A stretch of DNA of 64,000 nucleotides from Eledone cirrhosa. Lineage: Eukaryota. How positions within the stretch are numbered: position 1 is the first letter of the stretch; each line of letters opens with the position of its first letter. The notes beneath the pieces were generated by a model that saw only the letters and a list, made by a program, of their open reading frames with translations, made no database searches and was not told the origin of the DNA. The translations under genes and the position numbers were made by a program. Of this stretch, positions 50,226 through 64,000 are shown piece by piece. The stretch lies in the NCBI GenBank assembly GCA_964016885.1, contig OZ024741.1:219294001-219358000 (forward strand). Reading direction: 5' to 3'.

Positions 50226-50381
50226 ATGCGCGCGTGTGTATGTGTAGATATAGATATATATATGTGTGTGTATGTGTATGCGTGTGTGTGTGTATATTTG
50301 TGTGTTTGTGTTTTTCCTGTGTATATATGTATATATGTGTATGTATGTATGTGTGTGTATGTGTATGTGTATGCGCACACA

Positions 50382-50433
<52 letters not shown>

Positions 50434-50447
50434 AATGTGTAGGTGTG

Positions 50448-50482
<35 letters not shown>

Positions 50483-50979
50483 GTATGTATATATATATAA
50501 GTATATGTGTGTGTAAGTGTTTTTGTATGTGGTTGTGAGTATGTAAATATATTTTATTCTTTCCATCCTACTAAAACACTCTGGCCACATGTGGCTTGTA
50601 TGTTAACTTGACCACTCACCCCAGTCTGTGCCATGATTCGGTCTTGTTAAATGTTTAATTTCTATTACCAACCCACCTAAAAAATTTCCCTACTATATAT
50701 CTGTTGAATTACTATTCTTGGGGTTTTTATTTATTTATTTTTTATTTATTTCTTTATTTATTTTATTTATTTATTCATTTATCTATTTATTTATTCATTT
50801 ATTTATTTATTTACTTATTTATTTATTTCAAAAAAGCACTCTGGCTAATTGACCACTCCCCAAAGAAAAAACGGCCTGTGCCATGAAGTGGTCCTGTGTA
50901 TCTAAATACCCCCCCCCATCCACCGCCCCTCCCTTGCCACTATCTAAATGTATAACTACCAGAACTTAATATGACACCC

Positions 50980-51030
50980 AGCTTCCTGAAGATTTCATCT
51001 GAATGAAACAGTACTAGTCCTGTAGAAGCT
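50980..51030 (+). ncRNA. Hammerhead ribozyme, mirror of 45428-45478
   Basis: Same fold on the plus strand. Confidence 0.8.
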
Positions 51031-51035
51031 TCTTC

Positions 51036-51069
<34 letters not shown>

Positions 51070-51103
51070 TTACAGTAATCAAAGTTCAGTTTAAGTCATT
51101 TAT

Positions 51104-51152
51104 TTGCTTACAATTGTTTCCTCCAAACCGAGGTATGGATTCTTCGGAGCAA
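51104..51152 (-). ncRNA. Hammerhead, C4 core variant (CCGAAGA)
   Basis: UUGCU-CCGAAGA-AUCC...GGAG-GAAACAAUUGUA^-AGCAA. Confidence 0.65.
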
Positions 51153-52327
51153 CTATTTATAACATACTTGACCTCCTTTTCAACCCAAGAGACACATAAA
51201 ACATATGCGCATATTGATCAACAGTGGGGTGACATTCATCAAATGATATAGCATGGCAATTTACATATAAAGGTTACAGGATAAAAATAAAATAAAAACA
51301 AGAGTGAAAATAAGAGTGAAAATAAAGATAAACATGAAGCGTTGGCAGTCTATGAAGATAAAGCAAGAGGAAAGCTTAGAGTAGTCAGTGTATGAAACAA
51401 TCTCCCGTGCAGCATGTACGCGTGTCTTATTTATACATGATTAGAGTGCGTCAGAATGATATTTGCAGGGTCAGGCAGCTGAAGCAGGCAGTCGATCTTA
51501 TTATGTAGGCTGAATTATTAAGTCATTTATTCTCATACATCTGTATGATATACAGTCTCGGATGCGGGGAAACACCAAAATATCAAAAACCTTCAACATA
51601 CTATAAACCTTATTGTATCGTAGGCAAGGCCGTACCACTGTCCTTGCTCACACCACCACTCACATAATCCATGAGACGCAATATATATATAGAGAACACG
51701 CGTCTATCGTATACTTCGCGGTGGTTCAGCATATAGTCAAGCTATAAACCGTATCCAGTCGGTTCTTAAATAATATATCATGCTGTCCAGATTCCAGAAG
51801 TGCCTGAATGACTAAGGGGAATTAATGCGTAAGGGGAGGTAACTAGCTAGTTATCTTAGTTACATTACTATGCTAAACTACATTAATGGTGATTCAAATA
51901 CGTGCCTATCATGTGAAGTTATAACTAATATCTAGAGTATGTTATCCATTTATAGGTTAGAGAGTTGTCCATTAAGAAGTACAAGGGTGTGTATATTAGG
52001 ATGATTACCATCCATTAAATTAAGGGGTGTCATATCTGAACGTTCTATAAGAGGAGTCAGACTCTCAAGTCACTGCTCCATGCAAATCTAATATAACAGT
52101 AGGTCCTGGTATGGTCCCACTATTATATATGCCACCCGGTAGGCTCTGGGTCATTGCATGCCTGCATCTCCAGTAAATCTTCGGTATGGTCCGGAGATCC
52201 AATCTCTCATATAAATGCACTAGTCTGGCCATCAAGCAATAGACAACCCCCGTCTCAAATATAAATCAATATATATATATATAAAATAAGAAACGGAGAA
52301 TCAGTGGTGCGACGAATAAGATTTATT

Positions 52328-52424
52328 AGACATATTACAATCGTTTCTCTGGCGACCAGCTCGATGCACGATCGATGCAATGATCAAACCTGACTCTGAA
52401 ATCGCAAGGTCCTCAGATATGTCT
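52328..52424 (-). ncRNA. Hammerhead with a long stem II insert, inside fold-back 52285-52542
   Basis: AGACAUAU-CUGAGGA-(62 nt)-GAAACGAUUGUA^-AUAUGUCU; 8-bp stem I. Confidence 0.7.
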
Positions 52425-53126
52425 CGATTCTACAAAGCAGAGTTTCCAAATGTTCAGTTACACCCGCTGCCTTCGCCAGAGGAACGATTGTAATATGTGT
52501 AATAAATCTTATTCGTTGCACCACTGATTCTCCGTTTCTTATGTGTTATTATACTCTGCTCCGTAAGAGCATCGAGTGCTCAAATGGTATACCGCTTACG
52601 GAAGCTTTAAGCATCCAACACCAATTATATATACTAGCAGAAAAACTGCCCTCGCGCGGTTTTCTGCTAGCATATGTAGTGTGCATATTGGTATTATACG
52701 CAAATATATATGCATATATGTAATAAGCAACATAAGATAATTAATTCATTTACCAATGGTTTCTTGAAGAGCTTGACACTTATGTCTGTCTTCATTCATC
52801 AGAATAAGTTTATTATTGAATGGGATATGGATTTGAAAACAGAGTTTAGGATAAATGAAAGTGAGACTGTAATAAAATAACGGGCATAAATTGAGTGGGA
52901 AAATATATAAATATCCAAATACATAAACATACACAAACTAACGCATATACGTAATAGTACGTAAACTTTTACATTCACACATAAGTATATGTGCGTCTAC
53001 ATGGAAATGCAAATACACACATATACATGCGATCTTTTGCTCACATATGCGCACACACAGGCACACAAACACACACGTACTCAATATTGACGTATAAATA
53101 CACACATCTCTCCATACATACACATA

Positions 53127-53157
<31 letters not shown>

Positions 53158-53158
53158 G

Positions 53159-53233
<75 letters not shown>

Positions 53234-53432
53234 GTACCCACATACGCATATATATAGAGAGAGAAAGGCAGCCACATACATATATATATATATATATATA
53301 TGTACACACACGTAAAAATACTCGTATATATACATAAACACGCACACACATATATACATACATACAATTTTATATTATAAATATAACCATAATTATAATT
53401 CTGTACACATATAGGCAAAAATGTATACGCAT

Positions 53433-53483
<51 letters not shown>

Positions 53484-53606
53484 GGAGGTGAGTTTTATTG
53501 TAGTACAATAAAGCAATGCAGATATCGGATAAGAAGCACTCTACAGTTTGTAGGACTGGAGTATACATAATATAAGATCAAAAGATGGTTAAAGGAGTTC
53601 CATGTA

Positions 53607-53673
53607 TTTTATTATGCGCATTTCAAAAACAAACATCATCATGCAATAATATTTGTGTTTCCATCAGATAAAA
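53607..53673 (-). ncRNA. Hammerhead (CUGAUGG core) downstream of a Nematis fragment
   Basis: UUUUAU-CUGAUGG-AAACACAAAUAUU...GAUGUUUGUUUUU-GAAAUGCGCAUA^-AUAAAA. Confidence 0.6.
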
Positions 53674-54699
53674 CAGGAGAACATGATATGAAGGCTAAAA
53701 AACACTTGTGGATAGTGCAGTTTTAAATCAACATATGAAAAGTGGTTTTAGATTGATGTGTGATATTGGGAAAAATATTTTATTTAGAGAGGGGGGGGGT
53801 GGAAAGGATGAAAAAGGGGAGGAGATGAGAGGGAGAGATGGGTGATAGAGAGAAAGAGATAGTTTTTATAACTGAGAGAAGATATATTGTTTTACATAGA
53901 GAGGTTGAAAACCGTTGGAAGATAATGTATAAATTAAAAGAATTTGAAAATTAACGAAGGGAAGATATGTATGAGGAAAAAATATTTTATTTAGGGAGGG
54001 GGGTGGAAAGGATGAAAAAAGGGGAGGAGATGAGAGTGAAGGTGGAGAGGGAGAGATGGGTGATAGAGAGAAAGAGATAGTTTTTATAACTGAGAAAAGA
54101 TATATTGTTTTACATAGAGAGGTTGAGAAACGTTGGAAGATAATGTATAAATTAAAAGAATTTGAAAATTAACGAAGGGAATTTATGTATGAAGATAGAG
54201 AGAAAAAATAATAATTGTGGATGAATATTCTAACGTCAAAAAAAGTGTATGTTGATAAGTATTGTGGCAATTTCAAAATTAACGAAGAGAAAAAATTATT
54301 AAGGTTTGTGTGTAGAAGGATTTGAGAAAAATAATGTGAAGTTAAAGTTTGTATATTGAAGGAATTGATATGTGCGAATAAAGAGTTAATATGTATTAAG
54401 AATGAGTTCGTTGATGGGGAGAAAAAAATAATAAATTAAGGATGAAATTGAGATTAAAAAGTTTTATGATAGAGAGAAAAAATAATAATAATTGCGGATG
54501 AATATTCTAACGTCAAAAAAACAAATGTATATGTTATGAAGGATTTTACAAGGTGAAGATAGAAAGAGGGTAATGAGTAAACAAGTATTATAGAGTGTAT
54601 AATGCCCTTTGAAGTAAGGTAGGAAGATGGGTATATTTTAAAGAGGTGTATGTATATGTACCTTTGAGAAAAGATTTTAAATTGATAAAGAATTGAATA

Positions 54700-55082
54700 T
54701 TAACTGTATACTTTGTGAAAAGTCCTATGGAATTTATGCAGGCAGATAGAAAACAAATCTGTACGTCTATTTATTATAGAATCTAGGTTAGAGATAATGG
54801 TAAATTTTTCATTTAGGCAGAGATTACAGATTTTAGATAGAGAGCTGTTCAAGTATGAGGATGTAGAAGAAACCTTCTTCCAAAAGATGGTATATTTAAT
54901 GTTTTTGTCTTTCAAGGACCATATGAGTTCTGAGAGAGCAGTGTTAGTTCTTTTAAGTTTGTATTTGAAAGATGAATGATGATTATAGAGACGAGCTTTA
55001 AAAGAGGTGGAAGTGGAACCAAAATAGGTGAAGGAATTGGTGCTAGTTATAACTTTACATTCATAAATTAAGTTTTTATCGA

Positions 55083-55085
<3 letters not shown>
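54700..55085 (-). pseudogene. Nematis-type GIY-YIG fragment truncated at (TA)n
   Basis: CLDKNLIYECKV..YFGSTST..YNH..TALSELIWSLK..CNLCLNEK..INRR..CLH. Confidence 0.88.
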
Positions 55086-55810
<725 letters not shown>

Positions 55811-56110
55811 TAATCTATAATATATATATAAAGAAGAAATTAAATGATGGTTAAAAAAGTTCCATATATTTTATTATCCGAATTTCGAAAACAAGTGCTA
55901 CTTATCTGATATCTGCATAGTTTTATTGTTCTACAATATTACTCATATATGCGTTCACACATTGCATATAGATATATGTAAATTGAAAAGTAGATTGACA
56001 ATATCTTCTTCTTCACCCACTTATTTCTGAGAGGGTCGTGGGGGCAGTTTCCCTTTCCTTTCTATATATTATATTTGTTAGTGTTTTCGTTCTGATACCT
56101 TTATATTAAA

Positions 56111-59100
56111 CTAGCAGTAAAGCCCGGCGTTGCTCGGGGCTGCTCAGTAGTTGTGTTAAAGTTACAATGTTAAGCTCCTTTCTTGGCTTAAAAACTGTAG
56201 AGTCTACAGTGTAGACTTTCATGTGGTACTTTTGATTAATATTCCCTCAACCAACAGTATGGCTTATGAAGATAAGATAACATTACCATAACCCGAGTGT
56301 TAAAACAAAAGAGGATGCTGGGGACAAAAACTGCACTGGTAATCTATTAACAAAAATCGAAAATGTAAACACTGCAGCACTTGTTTCAGAGAAAAACATC
56401 AGTGTAACCAAACTATCAGTTATTTTGAAACAAAGAAATTGGATGGACATAAGAAAAATGCGTTATCCAAAGTAGAGGGGGCAGGCAGCATCAAAGAGGT
56501 TCGCACCTGTGATAAAAAATATTGACAATGTAATAGCGTAGATGTTTAAGTATAAACTATGAAGAGCTCATAACATACCCATGGTGAGTTTGACGGGCAG
56601 ATTATAGACAGCCACAGCATGCGAAATGGACAGCTGCAGCAAAAGCCATATTCACCAAAAAGAATCTTTAGGAAATAGATATCGGTGCACATGCAACATA
56701 ATATAAAAGACAAAGAGTACTGGTGTGTGTGATAAAGTTTTACTTCATAGAAGTCAAAGGTGTATAAGGTAAAGGGTTGTTACCCGATGGCAATAATACC
56801 ATTGTGAAGTTGGTAGAAAATGTCTTGGCGCTCTCATCTCAGGCTGGTGAGCTGCATTGTGCTGGTAACGAAAGGGTCGTCCAGAAAGAATCACCAGCTA
56901 TGGTCGAAGATGTTACCACTTCAGGAATCAGGAGGCGAGAGAGAGATTTCGCGGTTAATCGCTCCTTTTATCTCTGTTGACCGGAAGTGACCACTAGGGA
57001 GTTTGGTCAATCCCAAAGGGAAGCAACTCCACCTACTTCCTGTCTAGAGAACAGCGATTCGATTGTCGTGGCAGGGGAGGCAACTCTTACTACAAATCGC
57101 TGAAATCAACAAAACAGAAATGCTGCTTCCATTGCATCTTCACATGCAGTTGAGAATGATGACGAAAGTTTACTTCGACGCACAAGAAATGCTGTTGTTG
57201 CATGTTGTCTAGGTCGGAATGCATATTGAAACAATGAAAGAAATGACAATCTTTGTATGTATGCCCCAAGTTGTGTGTGTCTATGTATTAAACGCCTGAC
57301 TTGTCAGCAAAAACATCGATTTCAGAATCCGCTTTGATTTGCGAGCAATGCTGGTCCTTAGAGGCCTAGGTGTCAATAGAATGCACTGCATCGATGTTGA
57401 ATACAGGTTTCGTAGACGCTATATATTTAAGGCAGTCGGTGTAACATTGCCGTTTTGAACCAAAAAACCCTATAAAACCTCACGGTATACAATATTCTTT
57501 GTTTTTCCGTTTGGAGCCAAAGCAAAGAGGTTGTTCCGGCTGCCAACTCGAGAACATCCAACGTAGAATTGTCCATGTGAAAAACATGGCTCCTCCAGGT
57601 AAAGTCCTCCCACAGATAAAGTCTGACCCTGGGACTTGTTGATGGACATAGCAAAGGCAGCACGAAGGGGAAATTGGGTTCTTTTAAAAGAATAGGGTGC
57701 ATCCACTCCTGATGTAGTAAGAGTTATCGTAGGTATTAAAACATCTTCTCCTTTTCCACACCCCGACATATTCGTACCATAAATAATGTGCTGTGACATC
57801 CTATTGACAACAAGGCGTGTACCATTGCAAAGCTTGAGAGGGGTTATATTCCTGAGAAATATAACTTCCTTGAGAGACAAAATATGTTGAGGTAGACCGG
57901 GAATATCCAATGAATTGAGGAATTCAATGGGATAATTGACCGCATCATGTGGATCAACATTGGTATCAATAGAGTTAAAAGTCTTATCATTTCCAGGAAG
58001 ACTTTCAAGCATGTGGTGATTAATGGCGGAGACAGTGACATTTGTAGGAGCTAATATAGTCCTCTCACACAGCCATGTATGATTGCGGTAATTATCTGCC
58101 AAGTTGGGAAAAACGGCGGCCTTGAGATCTTCGACAGCATATATTGTCGAATGCAATGTCTCCATCCACATCTGAAGGTACTTTGCCGTTCCCAAGAATG
58201 AGGTTTTCAGCAAATTTTTCAGCCACAGTTGAACACGCATGTTAGTGGAGACGAAGTGTTGTTACCTGTTGCCACAGTGGAGAAGACTTCAGGCAGGCCC
58301 AAACTTGATCGGCTCTGGTGCCCTTTGGAATAATCGGCAAAGTTTGTCGAAAGTCCCCTGAAAGCAAAAGAGTTACACCCCCCCCCCATGGTCTCCTGAC
58401 GGTCTCTAATGTCTTTCAGTGTTCTATCTAAGGCCTCAATAGTTCCTTTGTGAGCCATGGTGCATTCATGCCACACAATCAGTTGGCACCGTCGTAGCAG
58501 TTCTGCTCTCGGACTATCGTTGGTGATGTCACAGAGCAGTGTTTCAGCTGATACCAAGTTAAGCGGAAACTTAAAGGTAGAGTGTGCTGACCTGCCGACA
58601 GGAAGTAGTGTAGCTGCAATACCGGATGATGCAACGGCTATTGCAATAACTTCATTCTGTCTAAAGAAATTTAGTAACAAAAGTTTTTCCAGTGCCTCCA
58701 GGGGCATCAAGAAAGGAGAAACCACCCCATCGATGAAATACATAGTCGGTGATAGTGTTGTATGCAAATTGCTGATCGGGAAGTAAGTTTGGTTCCATTT
58801 TAAACACATATCTAGCTAGAGTGTCGACATCATAAGATGTTTCTTGGATGATGAGAGTTGAAATTTTATTAGAATCAGTGCGGTGGGTTTGTGGCTGACC
58901 GTATGCTGGCAAGGCATTCCCACCCATAAGGAAAATCCTGTCCTCTATGTCTATAAGCCCTTTATTGTATAAATCATCACAGAAATCTACTTCTATGTCA
59001 GGAAGTAGTATTTTAGCCTGGTGCAGGAAGTCCTCAGACAGTTGGACCCGAAACTTCAACCATAATGTGTAGGGATCACAAATGTTACATAAGTGAAAAA

Positions 59101-60453
59101 GCTTTGCAATGAGCTCACGTAGGCTTCCAGCTGAGTGTGATGAAGCGATCTCCGCCAAGGTTACATCCCATTGTGAGTCATCTTGAAGCATTCCACGAGC
59201 CAAACAGGCATCTCTGTATGTAGACCAAACACGATTACCGTAAGTTCTGAGGTCCTGAAAACTGGTCGGTCCTTTGACCTCATGCAGTAGCATTCGAAGA
59301 CAGAAGCACTCGTGTTGATTTGGAGGAATCGTATACACTCGCTCCAAGCAATTAGTGAATTTGATCCCGGGAACTCCAATAACTGATTGGCCAGTCTTTC
59401 TGAGACTCCATGTTTTTTTTTTATTCCATGTGTAGTATGATGGCACCTGAGGATACAGCAATGATTTTGCGAAGTCATAGTATTCGCACAGTTTGAAAAG
59501 TCCAGTCAAAGTTGTCTCCCTTGGGGTCTGTGCCAATTCAGCGGCATTTTTGTTGGTATAGTACATCCGTTGACCGTATTCTAGGTGTACATCTAATTTT
59601 ACAATTGAAGGGTGCCTATCATGTATTGGAAAACCGAAGATTCGCCAAAAGTCCTCACTACTACTTATGTAGCACCCTACTTGGAATTGCGTTACTTCGT
59701 CTCTATTGTTTTCGTTGAGTATACCGAACGAAGCAGCGTCAGAACCCTTATTAACATACTTACATATGTATTTGATGCACTTGACTGTCTGTCTGCATAA
59801 ATTCATCGCCTATATCAACACTCTGCACGACTGTCTGCCAGCACTTTATCGCCTATATCACCTCTCTACATGACTGTCTGTCTGCACAACTTTGTCGCCT
59901 ATATCACCTCTCTGCACGACTGTCTGTCGTTTAAAATCATTGCTTCTAAATGAAAATCTCATAAGGCTTTATTTGAGATTAATGCTTTTTTTTACAAAAT
60001 ATTTGCTTGTTTTACGGTGTATTCAAATAGGCTTGTTTACAAGTAAAAATATTGTTTTAAGAGACTTTTTAATGGAAATGAAGCAAAATGGAAGCTTAAT
60101 GTTGAAACTTCGAACTCATGAATTTTGCTGGTCCGAAAACTGTTCACGTATTTTTGTACGCGTCGTTTATTCGTAAATAGGTAAACAGAATGACGCCACA
60201 AAAGGGAAATAACTCGTCTCTCATCTCTATTAATACATTTGAACTGAAAAATCAATACATCACAAATTCGATTTTTGCACTTGGCGTGGGTCGATTTGAA
60301 AGTTTTTTTTACCGATGTCTCCGCCGGACCTTCATCTATAAGTGTAGCAATTTCACCGAAATTTGAACATACGGTTTAGGAGGAGATGTGTGCCGACCGT
60401 TTTAGTAGACAGCCAGACAGATAGACAGACAACCTCAGTTTTGTATATATAGA
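56111..60453 (-). mobile_element. Internally deleted Helitron
   Basis: 5' A|TCTATATATAC; 3' hairpin CCCGAGCAACGCCGGG plus CTAG|T; RepHel remnants inside. Confidence 0.93.
57470..59806 (-). pseudogene. Helitron Rep (motif 3 only) + Pif1-family helicase, frameshifted
   Basis: IKYICKYVNKG, DAPGGTGKTF, VASSGIAATLL..GRSAHS, LCNGTRL, QFPLRAAFAMSINKSQGQTL, HGQFYVGCSRV. Confidence 0.93.
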
Positions 60454-60880
60454 TGAGTTTAAAAAAAAAAGAGTTAATAAATAAATAAAACGTTATACTT
60501 GTATTTCCACTTCACCGAACGCTATCATGACTGTATGTGTGTGTTTGTGTAAATGTATATGTGTGTGAATGTATGTATGTTTGTGTGAAAGTATGTGTAT
60601 TTGTGTGAATTATGTCCGTGAGCGTCTATTTTTATAAGTTTGTATTTGCGCGATTATAGTTATATACTCGTAATAGTTATATACTCATACGCGTCAGCGT
60701 GTAGAAAATCATAATCTCTCTCATCACACACTCTCTCTTTCTACATATATGGTAGTTGATGTGGTGGTAGTGGTGGCGACGATATACCGGAAGTGAAACT
60801 TTGAAAAGAAGACAATTTAAAATTATTTTTACGAAATTATTTGTTTACGAAATTATGTAATATTCATTCATTATTTATTC

Positions 60881-61058
60881 AGGCAGTATCAGTAGAGGGT
60901 CGGACGCCATGCTTTCCAGCATAGTTACGTCCCTTTACGATTTGAGTTCAAATCCCGCCGAGGTTGACTTTGCCTTTCATCCTGGCGGGGTCGATAAAAT
61001 AAAGTACCAGTAATGCACTGGTTATTGCTAGCCTTGTGCCTAAAGTAGAAACAATTAT
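60881..61058 (+). mobile_element. Nin/Deu-type SINE
   Basis: Box B and core closely similar to the 22740-22925 copy. Confidence 0.9.
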
Positions 61059-61149
61059 TTATTCAAATTAATCCAACTTATTTTACTAACTGGATTAAAA
61101 GAAATAAACCGTACGCAGTCCCTCCTTTATTATAGTTTAGATATATATA

Positions 61150-63023
<1,874 letters not shown>

Positions 63024-63071
63024 TATAGATAGGTAAATATACACGGGTGTGTATGATTGTGTATAGAAGAT

Positions 63072-63458
63072 TATATTAATAAGAGGAATTCCAACTTTGT
63101 CTGATTTACTCGTTTTATTTACAATCCTTTAAAATATATATAATGGTATTATAATGAAATAGTATGATAGAATATTAAATTCTAAGTGTTAATTGAACAA
63201 GTACTTTCATGCTTTCGCAATCTTCAGGTTCATGATATGTGGTGACAGTCGAGTTTGCAATTTTCAAAATTGCAAACTCGACTGTCACCACATATCATGA
63301 ACCTGAAGATTGCGAAAGCATGAAAGTACTTGTTCAATTAACACTTAGAATTTAATATTCTATCATACTATTTCATTATAATACCATTATATATATTTTA
63401 AAGGATTGTAAATAAAACGAGTAAATCAGACAAAGTTGGAATTCCTCTTATTAATATA
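63072..63458. repeat. Fold-back with ~193-bp arms and 1-nt loop, carrying two opposed hammerheads (63194-63232 minus; 63298-63336 plus)
   Basis: Centre ATTTT-C-AAAAT at 63265; UGAAC-CUGAAGA-UUGCGAAAGCAU-GAAAGUACUU^-GUUCA. Confidence 0.9.
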
Positions 63459-63482
63459 TATATATATATATACATATATACT

Positions 63483-63730
63483 CATATCATCATCTCTATT
63501 TAATGTCCAATATTTTAATGTTGGCATGGGTTATACGAGTTACCCTGTTGTGAGTAATGTCAGGTCATGTGACCATGTCTTGCTTGTACAGAACCGATTT
63601 TGGGTTAGTTTATACACCTGGATGCCCTTCCTAGCACCAACCTCATTTACAGTGAGTGCTGGGTCTTTTTTGTTGTGACACCTACATGACCACTTTACAG
63701 TGTGGGCTGGGGACTTTTTTGCCATGTCGC
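63483..63730 (-). mobile_element. RTE 3' tail or SINE fragment
   Basis: CTGGATGCCCTTCCTAGCACCAACC plus minisatellite-type motif. Confidence 0.75.
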
Positions 63731-63907
63731 CATCCTGATGTATATCAGGAGGTGACTACAGTTAATAAAGATATTCAGTACATTAGTAGAGTATAGACAT
63801 ATTTATTTCATTATAGAAATGACCTTTAAGGAGTAGAACTGTTTTATTTGTATATGCAAACACAGATGGTGTATTATTATGGTTAATTTATTTTATTTCT
63901 TCCACAG

Positions 63908-64000
63908 ATTGATGACACAGCATATTGCCGTTTGTTTCAGGAGGTGATGTGTGGCACCATCCGGTACTGGAATCTCATCAGTATTGTCTTAGAAAGTTTC
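63908..64000 (+). CDS. Host exon, CFAP99-like (runs off the window edge)
   Basis: Polypyrimidine tract TTTATTTCTTCCACAG| then open frame IDDTAYCRLFQEVMCGTIRYWNLISIVLESF, resembling the CFAP99 N-terminal EVxSGCxxYxxLxxxVVxxFY pattern as recalled from memory. Confidence 0.55.
   Translation, partial: MDDTAYCRLFQEVMCGTIRYWNLISIVLESF

Larger units (their letters stand above)
45341..51036 (-). mobile_element. 5'-truncated Nematis-type PLE (49042 to 45341) with inverted copy of its 3' UTR (49043-51036)
   Basis: GIY-YIG ORF 48041-48424; thumb and linker to 49040; arms 45424-46510 plus 47126-48100 mirror 49043-51036. Confidence 0.9.

Noticed and set aside
53740-54520. Duplicated ~220-bp GA-rich blocks
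   Set aside because: Local tandem duplications inside a PLE 3' UTR with no further structure seen

Overview
AT-rich, microsatellite-dense eukaryotic DNA, most likely from an octopus or related coleoid cephalopod (inferred from the Nin/Deu-domain tRNA-SINE, RTE-tail repeats and long (TA)n/(CA)n runs). It is nearly all intronic or intergenic repeat sequence. The only convincing host coding signal is a CFAP99-like exon at the right edge. From about 10 to 55 kb there is a nested pile of Penelope-like retroelements (PLEs), mostly inserted in (TA)n. These include three Neptune-type RT/GIY-YIG elements (two with intact ~757-aa ORFs) and four Nematis-type fragments. Also present are a Tx1/L1 LINE with a TSD, RTE 3' fragments, Helitrons, a solo LTR and many SINEs. 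Three main observations came from reading the sequence. (1) All three Neptune-type elements have an upstream ORF1 overlapping the RT ORF, with a U_UUU_UUA slippery heptamer in the ORF1 frame and the RT ORF open in the -1 frame, as in a gag-pol programmed frameshift. (2) About 27 hammerhead ribozyme motifs can be folded by eye, including U3-A8, C4 and giant-stem-II variants. (3) There are non-coding 420-510 bp tandem repeats in which an ATGCAAAT octamer precedes a hammerhead, resembling retrozymes or newt satellite 2. All folds and homologies were assessed by eye; none were computed.
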